A stretch of DNA of 64,000 nucleotides. Origin: an uncultured Actinomycetes bacterium. GTDB taxonomy: Bacteria; Actinomycetota; JAICYB01. The DNA lies in the NCBI GenBank assembly GCA_963789445.1, contig CAWBKS010000003.1:102402-166401 (forward strand), read 5' to 3'. The stretch's first letter is position 1. Each line of letters starts with the position of its first letter. A program made the position numbers and the translations under genes. Below are positions 1 to 10,242 of the stretch, piece by piece. Below the pieces are notes generated by a model. The model saw nothing but the letters and a program-made list of their open reading frames with translations, had not been told where the DNA came from and searched no databases.

Positions 1-61
1 TGCTAACGATGTTCCAAAGGCGGGCTCAATACCGATGCGCCCACATCGGTAGAATCTTCAT

Positions 62-1090
62 GTGACTGACACACCCGCGGGTCTCGATCGGCAACTGCTG
101 AACGCCGTTCAGAAGGAAGTTCCGATGATCCCGCGCCCGTTTGCGCAGGTCGCGGCCGAGATCGGGACGACTGAGGACGATGTGATCTCGCGTCTGAAGC
201 ACTGGCGAGACGACCAAAAGGTCATCCGTCAGATCTCCGCGATCTTCGATACGCGAAAGCTCGGGTACACATCGACGCTGGTCGCGATGCGTATACCGCA
301 GTCACGTCTCGACGAGGGCGCGGCGATCGTGAACGACCATCCCGGCGTTTCGCACAACTATGAGCGCTCTCACGAGTTCAACCTGTGGTTCACGCTCGCC
401 GTTCCTCCGGGCATGGACCTCAACGAGCACATCGATCGTCTGCACGACCTCACCGGGGCCGAAGCCACGCGGATCCTTCCCACCCTCAAGATGTTCAAGA
501 TCGAAGTACGGCTCGACATGGAAACGGGTGTTTCCAACTCAGACGGCCCGGCACCGCCGAAGGTTGAGATCCCTCCGCTCACCGAAGAGGACATAACCGC
601 GATACGAGCCCTGCAGGTAGACATGCCTCTCGTACCCGAACCATTCGCACAAGAAGCTGAAAGCGTCGGAATGTCGGAGGAAGAACTACTCGCCTTCGGG
701 CACAAGTTCGTGAACGACGGCCGCATGCGCCGATGCGCCGCGATACTCGCGCACCGACGGGCTGGGTTCTTGTCCAACGGGATGGGCGTTTGGAAGATGC
801 CGGAAGAAAGAGCCGTCGAGCTCGGTTACCGCATCGCTTCCTTCCCTCAGGTCACGCACTGCTACCAACGGCCTGTTTACGAAGACTGGCCGTACCGAGT
901 TTTCTCGATGGTGCATGCGCGCACCGAAGACAAGGTCCGTGAAGTGATCGAAGGTATCTCGAAGGAAACGGGTCTCGACGAATACGACATCTTGTTCTCG
1001 ACGCGCGAGTTCAAGAAGACGCGCGTTCCCTACTTCACCGGCGAGTACGAGGCCTGGGTCGAGAAGAACCTAGATCCTTCTCCCGTCTAG
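62..1090 (+). CDS. Fused Lrp/AsnC-like siroheme decarboxylase-type protein (AhbA/AhbB or NirD/NirL-like, two tandem repeats)
   Basis: 342 aa ORF with two repeated modules, each with a ...P..PF..(V/E)A...G(T/M)(T/S)E.... HTH-like N-terminus followed by a ligand-binding half. This resembles NirDL/AhbAB fused proteins. No radical-SAM partner lies nearby. Confidence 0.5.
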   Translation: MTDTPAGLDRQLLNAVQKEVPMIPRPFAQVAAEIGTTEDDVISRLKHWRDDQKVIRQISAIFDTRKLGYTSTLVAMRIPQSRLDEGAAIVNDHPGVSHNYERSHEFNLWFTLAVPPGMDLNEHIDRLHDLTGAEATRILPTLKMFKIEVRLDMETGVSNSDGPAPPKVEIPPLTEEDITAIRALQVDMPLVPEPFAQEAESVGMSEEELLAFGHKFVNDGRMRRCAAILAHRRAGFLSNGMGVWKMPEERAVELGYRIASFPQVTHCYQRPVYEDWPYRVFSMVHARTEDKVREVIEGISKETGLDEYDILFSTREFKKTRVPYFTGEYEAWVEKNLDPSPV

Positions 1091-2123
1091 CCCGGCGCGA
1101 GCGTCCGCGGGCGGCCGAGCCGAGCAGCACAGCCCCGACCGTTCCGGCCAGTAGCGCGATACGTCGCGGACGGAACCGTGTCGGTCCCAGCGAAACCCAG
1201 CCTTTCCGTGCCTCGGCCCCCGCGCGCAAGGTGTCCAGAGTCGAGTGCTCGAAATCGAAGCCCGTTGCGCGCAGCTTCGCGTTCGAAGCCACCCAGGGAT
1301 ACATGACGAAGGGCAGGTGAGTAGCGGCCAGCTCGCTCAGGTGCATCCGCCACATCCGCTCCGCCTGCCTGGAGATTGCTGCTTGGTCGGCGGCGACAAG
1401 CCTGCGGCCTATCGTGCGCGCCGCTGCGCTCAGATCCATCCAGTCGTCCGGACAGACGTTGAACACCCCGGTGAATTCCGAGTCAAGGGCGTGGACGAGG
1501 GCGCGGGCCACGTCATCTTCGTGCACCACCTGGAACGGAGGGTCGTAGGAGGCAACGCCGAGCATGTAGGGGGATTCGATGATCCGGGCCACGAACCCCT
1601 CAACGCTCGGTCCCATCGTGAGGCCGGATCTCAGGATCACCACCTGAACGTCCGGATGGGACTGCGAGAAGGCTCTGACTATCCCTTCCGCCTCAGCGCG
1701 CTGCGCCGAGGTCGGGAAGTCGCGCAGCGGACGAGCCAATGATTCCTCTGTTAGAGGAAAGTCGTTGTCCGGATGCGCACCGTAGACGGTCGTACTGGAC
1801 CCATGAACGATCCGACGCACGCCGGCGGCCAGCGCTGCCTCAAGCACCATCCGTGTGCCTCCAACGTTGATGTCGCGCATCTCGGCCGGCGCACGAACAT
1901 CCTCTGCGAAGCCGAGATGCACGAGGGCTTGGCAGCCTCTCAAAGCTCCGGTCAGCTCCGAGCTGCGCAGGTCCATCTCGTAGAACTCGAGCTGACGTGT
2001 ACTGAAGGAAGGTTGCCTCGTATCGATGCCGATGACCCGCGAGACTGTTGGGTGCGACTCGATCGCTTTGATGAACACACGTCCGGCGTAGGTCGACGCC
2101 CCGGTCACGGCGATGGTTCGCAT
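1035..2123 (-). CDS. NAD-dependent epimerase/dehydratase family protein
   Basis: Internal ATG gives MRTIAVTGASTYAGRVFIK... (Rossmann GxxGxxG). The longer ORF up to 2309 has an Arg/Pro-rich N-terminus that looks spurious. The C-terminal hydrophobic tail overlaps gene 1 by ~55 nt. Confidence 0.65.
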   Translation of the reverse strand: MRTIAVTGASTYAGRVFIKAIESHPTVSRVIGIDTRQPSFSTRQLEFYEMDLRSSELTGALRGCQALVHLGFAEDVRAPAEMRDINVGGTRMVLEAALAAGVRRIVHGSSTTVYGAHPDNDFPLTEESLARPLRDFPTSAQRAEAEGIVRAFSQSHPDVQVVILRSGLTMGPSVEGFVARIIESPYMLGVASYDPPFQVVHEDDVARALVHALDSEFTGVFNVCPDDWMDLSAAARTIGRRLVAADQAAISRQAERMWRMHLSELAATHLPFVMYPWVASNAKLRATGFDFEHSTLDTLRAGAEARKGWVSLGPTRFRPRRIALLAGTVGAVLLGSAARGRSRRARREKDLGSSRPRPRTRR

Positions 2124-2146
2124 GAAGGAACCTACACTAGCGGGAA

Positions 2147-3328
2147 GTGACCGAATTCCCGGACGACACAGGCAACGTCGAGATCCCCAAACCGCCCGAG
2201 GGCTGGTGGGAGCAGGTCCCGGTGTTGCACGAGCTGTACAAGCTGCTGTCCTCGAGCGACCCGGTGAATTGGGAGCTCGCGCGACAAGTCGGTGTGGCGC
2301 TGGCGTCATACGACGAGCCCGAGGTTGCGGATCTCCAGGGCGCGCAACAGGAGCTCGAAGCGGTGACCCGGGCGGCGACGGTGGAGGCCGAGGAATTCTC
2401 GGGCTTGAGCGAGACCTCGGTCGCGCCCGTTCAGGTCGTAACGCGGGCCGAGTGGGTCGAGGGGAACATCGAATCTTTCAAGTTCGTGATGGATCCTCTC
2501 GCCGCCAAGATGTCCGGGGGCGGCGAGCTCGCCGCTCTCGGAGGCATGCAGGGTCTGCAGGTGTTGCAACAGATCTCCGGCGTGTTCATGGGACTGCAAA
2601 CCGGATTCGTTCTCGGATACCTCGGACGTTCCGTCGTAGGTCAGTACGAAGTGCCGTTGCCGGCTCCCTCGTCTACCCGATTGCTGTACGTGCTGGGCAA
2701 TCTCGCGCAGATCGAGACGGACTGGTCCCTCGACCCCAAGCAGTTCCGTTACTGGATCGCGTTGCACGAGATCACCCATCACCTCGAATTCAGCAAGCCG
2801 TGGGTGCAGAACTACTTCAGGTCACAGATCAAAACGCTGATCGATTCGCTCGATTTCGATGCGGATCGGATGCAGACGGCTTTCCAAGGTTTGGAGATGC
2901 TCGATCCCGAGTCACTTGCTCAGGCCTTGCAGGACCCCGACCGCTTGATACAAGCAGCGCGTACACCCCTCTCAACGGACGCGATGAAGAGACTTCAAGC
3001 CTTTATGACGCTGGCCGAGGGTTACGCGACGTTCGTGATGGACGGAGTCGGCGCTCGCGTGCTGACCGATCATCCGCGGCTCAAAGAAGTCATGGAGCGC
3101 CGTAAGCGATCGACGTCTCCCGGCGAAGCATTGTTCGAAAGGCTGCTCGGCCTCGAGCTCAAGCGTAGGCAGTACGAGGAAGGTGTGAGCTTCTGCCGTT
3201 ACGTCGCGGCCATGCACGACATCGAATCGCTGAACAAGGTGTGGGACAACCCGGACAGCCTTCCGACGACCGAGGAGCTCGCCACGCCGGACGATTGGAT
3301 CCAGCGCGTCCTGGGCGAGGGCCGGTAA
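2147..3328 (+). CDS. Zinc-dependent metalloprotease, DUF2342-like (HExxH)
   Basis: 393 aa with an HEITHHLEF zincin motif. Overall architecture resembles actinobacterial DUF2342 hydrolases. Confidence 0.6.
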   Translation: MTEFPDDTGNVEIPKPPEGWWEQVPVLHELYKLLSSSDPVNWELARQVGVALASYDEPEVADLQGAQQELEAVTRAATVEAEEFSGLSETSVAPVQVVTRAEWVEGNIESFKFVMDPLAAKMSGGGELAALGGMQGLQVLQQISGVFMGLQTGFVLGYLGRSVVGQYEVPLPAPSSTRLLYVLGNLAQIETDWSLDPKQFRYWIALHEITHHLEFSKPWVQNYFRSQIKTLIDSLDFDADRMQTAFQGLEMLDPESLAQALQDPDRLIQAARTPLSTDAMKRLQAFMTLAEGYATFVMDGVGARVLTDHPRLKEVMERRKRSTSPGEALFERLLGLELKRRQYEEGVSFCRYVAAMHDIESLNKVWDNPDSLPTTEELATPDDWIQRVLGEGR

Positions 3329-3344
3329 CTAGAAACTCCCTGCA

Positions 3345-5072
3345 CTAGTCCTTCTTCTTCAGGAACTCCAGCAGCCGCTTCCGCGGCCACGTGTTGATCA
3401 CTTCCTCGGCTTCCGCCCACCCCCGCTGTGCCGTCGCCACACCGAAGTGCATGTTGTCGAGCTCGGGGGCCGAGTGTGCATCGGTCGAGATCACGAGGCG
3501 GACCCCGTGCTGTCGCGCCCAGCGCACGTGTTCGTCGCGCAGATCCAACCGGAACGGATGCGCGTTGACTTCCAAAGCGACACCGTGCTTCGCAGCGGCT
3601 TTGGCGACGGCATCGACATCGAAGTCGATGCCTTCGCGCCTATCCAGCCGGCGTCCCGAGGGATGGCCGAACACATTCACGCGAGAATTCTCGATAGCCG
3701 TGATCATCCTGCGAGTCTGCTCATTTCGCGGCGCCTTGAAGCTCGAATGGATGGAGGCGACGCATACATCAAAGCCGGCCAGAACATCGTCTGGATAGTC
3801 GAGGCTGCCGTCCGGACCGACATTCAGCTCGATCCCGTGCAGCAACGTCATGCGCTTGCCCAGCTCCGAGTTGACCTTCTCGATCTCCTTCCGCTGTCTG
3901 GTTATCTCCGAGCGGCCTAGGTTCTTCATGTACGTGAGCCGCGGACCATGGTCGGTGAGGGCGAAGTACTCGTAGCCCTTTTCCGCAGCAGCCAGGGCCA
4001 TGTCACGCACGCTGAGCTTCCCGTCCGAATAGGTGGAGTGGCTCTGCAGGTCCCCGCGCATATCCGACAGCTCGACGAGGCGAGGTAACTCCCCGGCCGC
4101 GGCGGCCTCCACCTCGCCCTTGTCCTCGCGCATGGTCGGCGGCACCCATTGCATGTCGAGGGCCGCGTAGACCTCTTCCTCCGTCTCGGAGACGACCAGG
4201 GAGTCGTCCTCGACGCGATGGAGTCCATACTCCGAGAGCTTCAGGCCACGACGCACCGCGCGTTCGCGCACTTTCACGTTGTGCGCCTGGGAGCCTGTGA
4301 AGTACTGCAACGCCGCACCGAACACAGCGGGTTCCACGACACGAAGGTCGACTTGCATACCTCGGGTCGTGACGATGCTCGTCTTGGTCGGGCCTTCTGC
4401 TTTGGATGTGGCGACACCATGCATCGAGCGGAACGCCTCCATCACCTCTGCCGGCCGCTCGCTGGCCACGAGCAGATCTATGTCGCCGATGGTTTCCTTC
4501 ATGCGCCGCAAAGATCCGGCGAATGCCCCTTGGATCACGGCCTCGCTCGTGGAGAGCTCAGCAAGCATCTCCTGGGCCAGCGGCAGAGCGCGCGCGAGCA
4601 GCACTCGTTGCTCGACGGTCACGCCGCGCGCGATGGCTTCGAGGATCTCCGTCTCGAATCTCTTGCTGAAGCCTTTGACGTCGGCGATCTTGTGCTCCTC
4701 GGCCGCCGCTTTGAGCTCGTCGAGGCTCGAGACTCCGATCTCGCTGAAGAGCTGCATAGCCTTCTTCGGTCCGAGGCCCGGGAGCATCGTCATCTCTCGA
4801 AGGCCCATGGGGACTTCGGCCCGAAGCTTTTCCAGCGCGCCGATCTTGCCGGTCTTGCACAGCTCGAGCACCCGCGCGGCCACACCTTTGCCGACTCCGC
4901 TCACGGCTACGAGCTCGCTCTCCTTCATGTCGGCAACATCGCGGGAAAGACCTTCGATCGCGTCGGCACCGCGCCGGTAGGCCACGATGCGGAACCTGCT
5001 CTCCCCTTTGATCTCGAGCAGGTCCGCGATCTCGTGGAGTGCGGTCGCTGCTTCTTCGTTCCTGCGCGTCAC
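3345..5072 (-). CDS. polX: DNA polymerase X family protein with C-terminal PHP 3'-5' exonuclease domain (PolX)
   Basis: 575 aa. N-terminal HhH/Pol-beta-like region (GVGKG..., GSLRR...D.D.L) and a C-terminal PHP domain with His/Asp motifs (DLQSHSTYSDG ... HSSF ... DAH). Confidence 0.85.
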   Translation of the reverse strand: MTRRNEEAATALHEIADLLEIKGESRFRIVAYRRGADAIEGLSRDVADMKESELVAVSGVGKGVAARVLELCKTGKIGALEKLRAEVPMGLREMTMLPGLGPKKAMQLFSEIGVSSLDELKAAAEEHKIADVKGFSKRFETEILEAIARGVTVEQRVLLARALPLAQEMLAELSTSEAVIQGAFAGSLRRMKETIGDIDLLVASERPAEVMEAFRSMHGVATSKAEGPTKTSIVTTRGMQVDLRVVEPAVFGAALQYFTGSQAHNVKVRERAVRRGLKLSEYGLHRVEDDSLVVSETEEEVYAALDMQWVPPTMREDKGEVEAAAAGELPRLVELSDMRGDLQSHSTYSDGKLSVRDMALAAAEKGYEYFALTDHGPRLTYMKNLGRSEITRQRKEIEKVNSELGKRMTLLHGIELNVGPDGSLDYPDDVLAGFDVCVASIHSSFKAPRNEQTRRMITAIENSRVNVFGHPSGRRLDRREGIDFDVDAVAKAAAKHGVALEVNAHPFRLDLRDEHVRWARQHGVRLVISTDAHSAPELDNMHFGVATAQRGWAEAEEVINTWPRKRLLEFLKKKD

Positions 5073-5078
5073 GGAGAA

Positions 5079-6392
5079 CTAGCTACCCGGAACGCCGAGC
5101 ACACGATCCAGGTACGTGTTGCGGAACACACCGGTCGGATCCAGCTGATCGCGTACGGCGATGAAGTCGTCGAACTTGGGATAGGTGCTCCGCAGCGACG
5201 GTGCATCTCGGAAATGCAGCTTTCCCCAATGAGGGCGTCCGTCGAAGGACATCATGAGCTTCTCGACCTCCTGGAAGTACGGCCTGTAGTCCATCCCTCG
5301 ATAGAGGTGGACGGCGATGTAGCAGGTCGGCCGGCCGTGGGCCGGGCTGAGCATGATCTCGTCGGGGGCGACGAACCGCACTTCGATCGGGAAGTTGATC
5401 TTGAAGCCGTTGTCGTCGATGAGGGCGTTTATCCCTTTGATGGCTTCGCGCGCATTCTGCCGTGGGATCGCGTACTCCATCTCCGAGAAGCGCACCAGCC
5501 GCGGGCTCGTGTAGACCTGGTCGCTCCTGGCGATGCGGCGGATGCGCGCGACACCCGGCGCAACGACCTTGTTCATGAGGCCGGGGATCATCGAAGGCCG
5601 GGCTCGTCCGAGCCGGCACACCGCCCCGAATGCAACGTTGGACATGATGATGTCGTTCTGGAACTCCTTCCAGCGCCGCCGTGGCGTCGGCGGATCCGTC
5701 GTCCTGTTGTTGCGTTTCGTCCAGGCACGGTCGGTGTGAGGGAACCAGTAGAACTCGAAGTGCTCGTTGCCATCGACGAGCTCATCGAGCTGGTCGACTA
5801 CCTCATCGAGTGACGCCGAGCTCTCGTAGGCCTGCAAGTTGAACGCGGGCTCGCACTGGAGGGTGACCGTGGATATGACGCCGAGGGCGCCGATGCTCAC
5901 CTGGGCAGCGCGGAAGGTCCGAGGATCTGCGTCGGCCGAACAGCGGAGGGTGCTGCCGTCGGCGCAGACCAAAGTCATGTGCTTGACGAAGGTCGATAGG
6001 TTGCCGAAGCCCGGACCGGTGCCGTGGGTGCCGGTCGACACCGCGCCCGCGATCGATTGATAGGCGATGTCTCCAAGGTTCGACATCGCCAGACCCTCGG
6101 CGGCCAATGCTTCGTTGAGCTTGCCGAGACGAATGCCGGCCTGAACGGTGATGGTTCCGTTCGCCTTGTCGACGTCCAGCACTCGGTCGTAGTTGTCGAG
6201 AGACATCATCACGCCGTCGGTACACGCGATGTCCGTGAATGAGTGACCGGCGCCGACGACCTTTACGCGGCGGCCTCTATTGACGGCGTCGGCAATCAGG
6301 GACCGTATCTCCTGCTCCGAGGAGGGCTGGGCGTACGAAGCTGGCCGGCACGATTGCGTGCGTCCCCAGTTCCGCCAACCGCGTAGGCTCAC
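5079..6392 (-). CDS. FAD-linked oxidase, D-arabinono-1,4-lactone / L-gulonolactone oxidase family
   Basis: 437 aa with an FAD-binding PCMH domain (VVGAGHSF...) and an ALO C-terminal domain (HWGK). Confidence 0.8.
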   Translation of the reverse strand: MSLRGWRNWGRTQSCRPASYAQPSSEQEIRSLIADAVNRGRRVKVVGAGHSFTDIACTDGVMMSLDNYDRVLDVDKANGTITVQAGIRLGKLNEALAAEGLAMSNLGDIAYQSIAGAVSTGTHGTGPGFGNLSTFVKHMTLVCADGSTLRCSADADPRTFRAAQVSIGALGVISTVTLQCEPAFNLQAYESSASLDEVVDQLDELVDGNEHFEFYWFPHTDRAWTKRNNRTTDPPTPRRRWKEFQNDIIMSNVAFGAVCRLGRARPSMIPGLMNKVVAPGVARIRRIARSDQVYTSPRLVRFSEMEYAIPRQNAREAIKGINALIDDNGFKINFPIEVRFVAPDEIMLSPAHGRPTCYIAVHLYRGMDYRPYFQEVEKLMMSFDGRPHWGKLHFRDAPSLRSTYPKFDDFIAVRDQLDPTGVFRNTYLDRVLGVPGS

Positions 6393-6401
6393 TCCGACAC
6401 T

Positions 6402-8048
6402 GTGTCAAAAAACCTCGGGAGGGATGAACTGGAGCAGGTCAACCGCACTGAGCTGACACCTCTGCTCTATCTGGAGCGTTCCGAGAAGGTCTTCCCCAAG
6501 CGCATAGCGTCCGTATACGGAGGAAGACGTTTCACCTACGCCGAAATGGCTTCGCGCGCACGGAAGCTCGCCACGGCGCTGGCTAGCAATGGCTTGAAGC
6601 GGGGCGATCGCGTAGCGGTCTTGGCTCCCAACGTGCCGGCGATCCTGGAAGCGCACTTCGGAGTGCCTATGGCCGGTGGGGTGCTCGTCGCGATCAACAC
6701 ACGCCTGAATGCCGAAGAGATCAGCTACATCCTCGATCACTCGGGCGCGCGGATCCTGTTCGTGGACGCCGAGCTCGCCACCGTCCTCGAACCCGCGAAG
6801 GACTCCCTCAAGACCGTCGAGCTCGTCGTGACGATCGAGGACCCCGAGTTCGCACCGGACCAACGCCGCGTCTTCGACGGGTCCGGAGTACGAGGAGTTC
6901 ATCGACGTCGAGGGTGACTCCTCGCTCGAGTACCGAGTGCCGAACGAAGAGGATCTGCTGTCGATCAACTACACGTCGGGAACGACCGGGCGCCCGAAGG
7001 GCGTCATGTACACGCACCGAGGCGGTTACCTGAACGCACTAGCCGAGACCATCGATCATCGGCTCTGGTCGGACACCGTCTTTCTATGGGCCGGTCCGCC
7101 GATGTTCCATTGCAACGGATGGTGCTTCCCGTGGGCGCTCACGGGCGTCGGTGCAAAGCACATGCTTCTGCGCAAGATAGATCCGCCCGTGGTGTGGAGG
7201 CTCATCCGCGATGAAGGCGTCACGCACTTCAACGGCGCTCCGACCGTTCTCATCATGCTCATCAACGACGCGAATGCGCCGAAGGAGCCGTTGCCGCAAA
7301 CCGTACGCATCGCGACGGGAGGCGCTCCCCCGTCGCCGACGCTCTTCGCGCAATGGGCAAGCATCGGCGCCGAGATCACCCATCTGTACGGCTTGACCGA
7401 GACCTACGGCCCGCACACGTTCTGCGACTGGCACCCCGAGTGGAACGAGCTCTCAGACGAGGAGCAGGCGCGCCTCCGGGCGCGTCAGGGCGTGGCGAAC
7501 CTCGTCGCCTGCGAGCTGCGCGTCGTCGACGCGGACATGAACGACGTCCCGCAAGGACGCCGAGACGATGGGCGAGGTCGTGATGCGCGGCAACAACGTG
7601 ATGGCCGGCTACTTCGAGGATCCGGACGCGACCGCCGAGGCGTTCCGCGGGCGGCTGGTTCCATTCGGGCGACGTCGCCGTGATGCATCCCGACGGCTAC
7701 ATCGAGCTCCGCGACCGCAAGAAGGACATCATCATCTCCGGCGGCGAGAACATCTCGACGATCGAGGTCGAGCAAGCGGTTGCGTCACACCCGGCAGTGC
7801 TCGAGGTCGCAGTGATCGCCGTGCCGGACGAGAAGTGGGGCGAGGTTCCGAAGGCCTTCGTCGTTCTGAAGGACGGTCAGTCGGCTACGGAAGCAGACAT
7901 CATCGAGCACTGCCGCGAGCGCATCGCGCGCTTCAAGTGCCCAAAGTCGGTCGAGTTCGGCGAGCTACCGAAGACCTCGACTGGGAAGGTGCAGAAATTC
8001 GTGCTCCGCGAGAAGGAATGGGCGGGACGCGACAAGCGCATCCACTGA
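6402..8048 (+). pseudogene. AMP-binding acyl-CoA synthetase (FadD/medium-chain type) interrupted by three +1/-1 frameshifts
   Basis: The conserved protein continues across ORFs 6402-6917, 6937-7560, 7568-7670 and 7680-8048 ([52 protein letters not shown]). Single-nt indels fall near 6890, 7535 and 7652. Confidence 0.7.
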
Positions 8049-8238
8049 AGCCAGCGGGTCAAAGCAATTTAGCTGCGGCCAGAACGAGACCGCTGAGGGT
8101 CAGGTTCAGTCCGATCATCCAGGAGACGAGGTGGCGCTGCATGATTGTCCACCACCTTCCCTGTGTCGACAATCGCCGAGCGACGCCGCTCGGCTGGGGA
8201 AGGATTCGGAAACCGTAGCGATTGAGCTGACAATCGGT

Positions 8239-9105
8239 TCAGCTGAACCGCAGGATCGCTTCGCGGATGAGGACCGCGGCAGCCGCTTGCGTGATCCCAG
8301 ACGGATCGAGCGGCGGCGATACTTCAACAACGTCCAAGCCAACCACGTTGAGGTCGCTCAACAACTCGACGGCCACCAGTAGCTCGTTGAACGACGTGCC
8401 GCCGGGCTCGGGGTTCCCAGTGCCTGGAGCCTCCGAAGGGTCGATCACATCAATGTCGATAGTCACGTAAACCGGCCGACCCGCAAGCTCCTTCAAGGCG
8501 ACAGACACATCTACGTTCCGCGCATGTTGCGCGAGAACTTTGGGTGCGTCGTCCCATTCATGGCGCGCACCCGAACGCAGGCCGTACACGTAGCACGGCA
8601 CGCCGTTGTCGCTGATCCTGCGATATGTGCATGCGTGATCGCCCGGGTAGTCCTCACGCAGATCGAGATGGGCGTCGAAGCCGATGACGGCCAGGTCATC
8701 GATACGAGACGCAACGGCGGCCACAGCCGGCGGAGTCACCGAATGGTCTCCGCCGATCGACACCAGAAGCGGGCGACGGTCGCTCTTCCATGCACCATCG
8801 AGGATCGGCGCTAGAGCATCCCCAACCGTCTTGCGGTCGTCGTGATCTCCCGCGTCGACGATGCGTAGGTCTTCCAGATCACGTTGTGCTCGCGGACTCC
8901 ACGTCTCGATCGATTCAGAGAACGTTCGGATCCCTGTCGGACCCTCGATGGCTCCGGATCGGAAGCTGACTCCCCCGTCGGCGGCAAGGCCCACGACGAT
9001 CGCGTCCGCTTCGGACGGATCGAGGTCGGTGCTAGCCGCGAGGAACGGATGTGGGGACGGTGGCCGCACAGGTCTCGCGGACGAACTCGGGAAGGGCGAA
9101 AACAC
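8239..9105 (-). CDS. speB: Agmatinase (ureohydrolase family)
   Basis: Arginase-fold motifs GGDHS and DAHLD are present, plus a C-terminal SPPLD. GTG starts are possible at 9105 or 9069. The gene overlaps the speE 3' end. Confidence 0.8.
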   Translation of the reverse strand: MFSPFPSSSARPVRPPSPHPFLAASTDLDPSEADAIVVGLAADGGVSFRSGAIEGPTGIRTFSESIETWSPRAQRDLEDLRIVDAGDHDDRKTVGDALAPILDGAWKSDRRPLLVSIGGDHSVTPPAVAAVASRIDDLAVIGFDAHLDLREDYPGDHACTYRRISDNGVPCYVYGLRSGARHEWDDAPKVLAQHARNVDVSVALKELAGRPVYVTIDIDVIDPSEAPGTGNPEPGGTSFNELLVAVELLSDLNVVGLDVVEVSPPLDPSGITQAAAAVLIREAILRFS

Positions 9106-9901
9106 CGGCGTGGAGCTCGGCGTTGTAGAAGCGGGTCGAGATGCCCCTCTGCTCCAGACGGAGTCGAACCACGAGCGGCGACGTCATCGACACCGGCTTG
9201 GATCCCGTCGCGGCCATGTAGCTCCACAAAACGCCCGGGTATGTCGGAACGAACGACAGGTATGGCTCGACGGTTTCAAATGTCCGATTCAGGTTGCCGA
9301 AGGCTATCCGGAACTCGTCGAGCTGGAACATCGGCGAGCCGGACTGGGTAACCAAGACACCGTCACTCCTGAGAGCACGGCGACAAGACACGTAGAAGTC
9401 CTGGGAGAACAAAACCGCAGCCGGTCCAATAGCGTCCGAGCCATCGATCACGATCGCATCGAACGCGTTCTCCTGATCGGATACAAATGCCGCACCGTCG
9501 CCGATCTCGACTCTGACCCTCGGATCGTTGAACGATCCTCCGGCAATGTCCGGCATGAACTCTCGGCAAACTTCGATCACGCGCTGGTCGATCTCGCACA
9601 TCACAACCTCGGACGGATCGTGCTCGAGCACGCGCCGGAGAGTCCCACCGTCGCCGCCGCCGATGATCAGCACACGCTCGACCTTCTCGAGCGAGGTGAG
9701 CGCAGGATGGACGAGCATCTCGTGGTAGCAGAACTCGTCCGACTGAGTTGTTTGGATGAGACCGTCCAGGACCAGTACGCGGCCGAAGTGCGCGTGATCG
9801 AAGACTTCGAGCTTCTGGAACGCCGTCTGCTCTGAGTGAAGGAGCTCGCCGCCGAAAACGGTGCGCAGCCCCTCGGCGATGCGCTCGCCGAACTCGGTCA
9901 A
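9032..9901 (-). CDS. speE: Spermidine synthase (aminopropyltransferase)
   Basis: Classic SpeE signature LIQTTQSDEFCYHEMLVHPAL...VLIIGGGDGGTLR...DAIVIDGSD. A probable TTG start at 9901 overlaps the speH stop (TTGA). The upstream N-terminal extension of the long ORF is not conserved. Confidence 0.85.
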   Translation of the reverse strand: MTEFGERIAEGLRTVFGGELLHSEQTAFQKLEVFDHAHFGRVLVLDGLIQTTQSDEFCYHEMLVHPALTSLEKVERVLIIGGGDGGTLRRVLEHDPSEVVMCEIDQRVIEVCREFMPDIAGGSFNDPRVRVEIGDGAAFVSDQENAFDAIVIDGSDAIGPAAVLFSQDFYVSCRRALRSDGVLVTQSGSPMFQLDEFRIAFGNLNRTFETVEPYLSFVPTYPGVLWSYMAATGSKPVSMTSPLVVRLRLEQRGISTRFYNAELHAGVFALPEFVRETCAATVPTSVPRG

Positions 9902-10242
9902 TCCTGGATCCCTCGACGAACTTCCATCACTTGGGTGCGTCCCGGAAGGAAATGCTTCTTCATCGCCTCGATTCCGGCGCCGATGTCCGCGTCGAGATTG
10001 CAGGTGAAGATGTCGACCGCCGCATAACCATGCTCCGGCCACGTGTGAACGGCGACGTGCGATTCGGCGATGATCGCGACTCCGGTGACACCGTGAACCG
10101 GGAACTCGACGACCCGGAGGTCGAGGAGGGTTCCGTCCACCGCTTCGACGGTGTCTTTCAACGCCACCTCGAGGGTGTGTGCGTCGTTGAGGTTCGTTGC
10201 TTCCCACATCTCCACGATCACGTGGCGTCCGAGAGATTTCAC
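9898..10242 (-). CDS. speH: S-adenosylmethionine decarboxylase proenzyme, small pyruvoyl type (archaeal/Bacillus SpeH type)
   Basis: 114 aa with the ...AIIAESHVAVHTWPE...VDIFTC core of class-1 AdoMetDC. It overlaps pdaD by 4 nt (ATGA). Confidence 0.85.
   Translation of the reverse strand: MKSLGRHVIVEMWEATNLNDAHTLEVALKDTVEAVDGTLLDLRVVEFPVHGVTGVAIIAESHVAVHTWPEHGYAAVDIFTCNLDADIGAGIEAMKKHFLPGRTQVMEVRRGIQD

Noticed and set aside
4149-5813. 554-aa plus-strand ORF
   Set aside because: It lies entirely antisense to polX and the FAD oxidase. Its Arg/His/Gly/Leu-rich composition is typical of spurious antisense ORFs in high-GC DNA.
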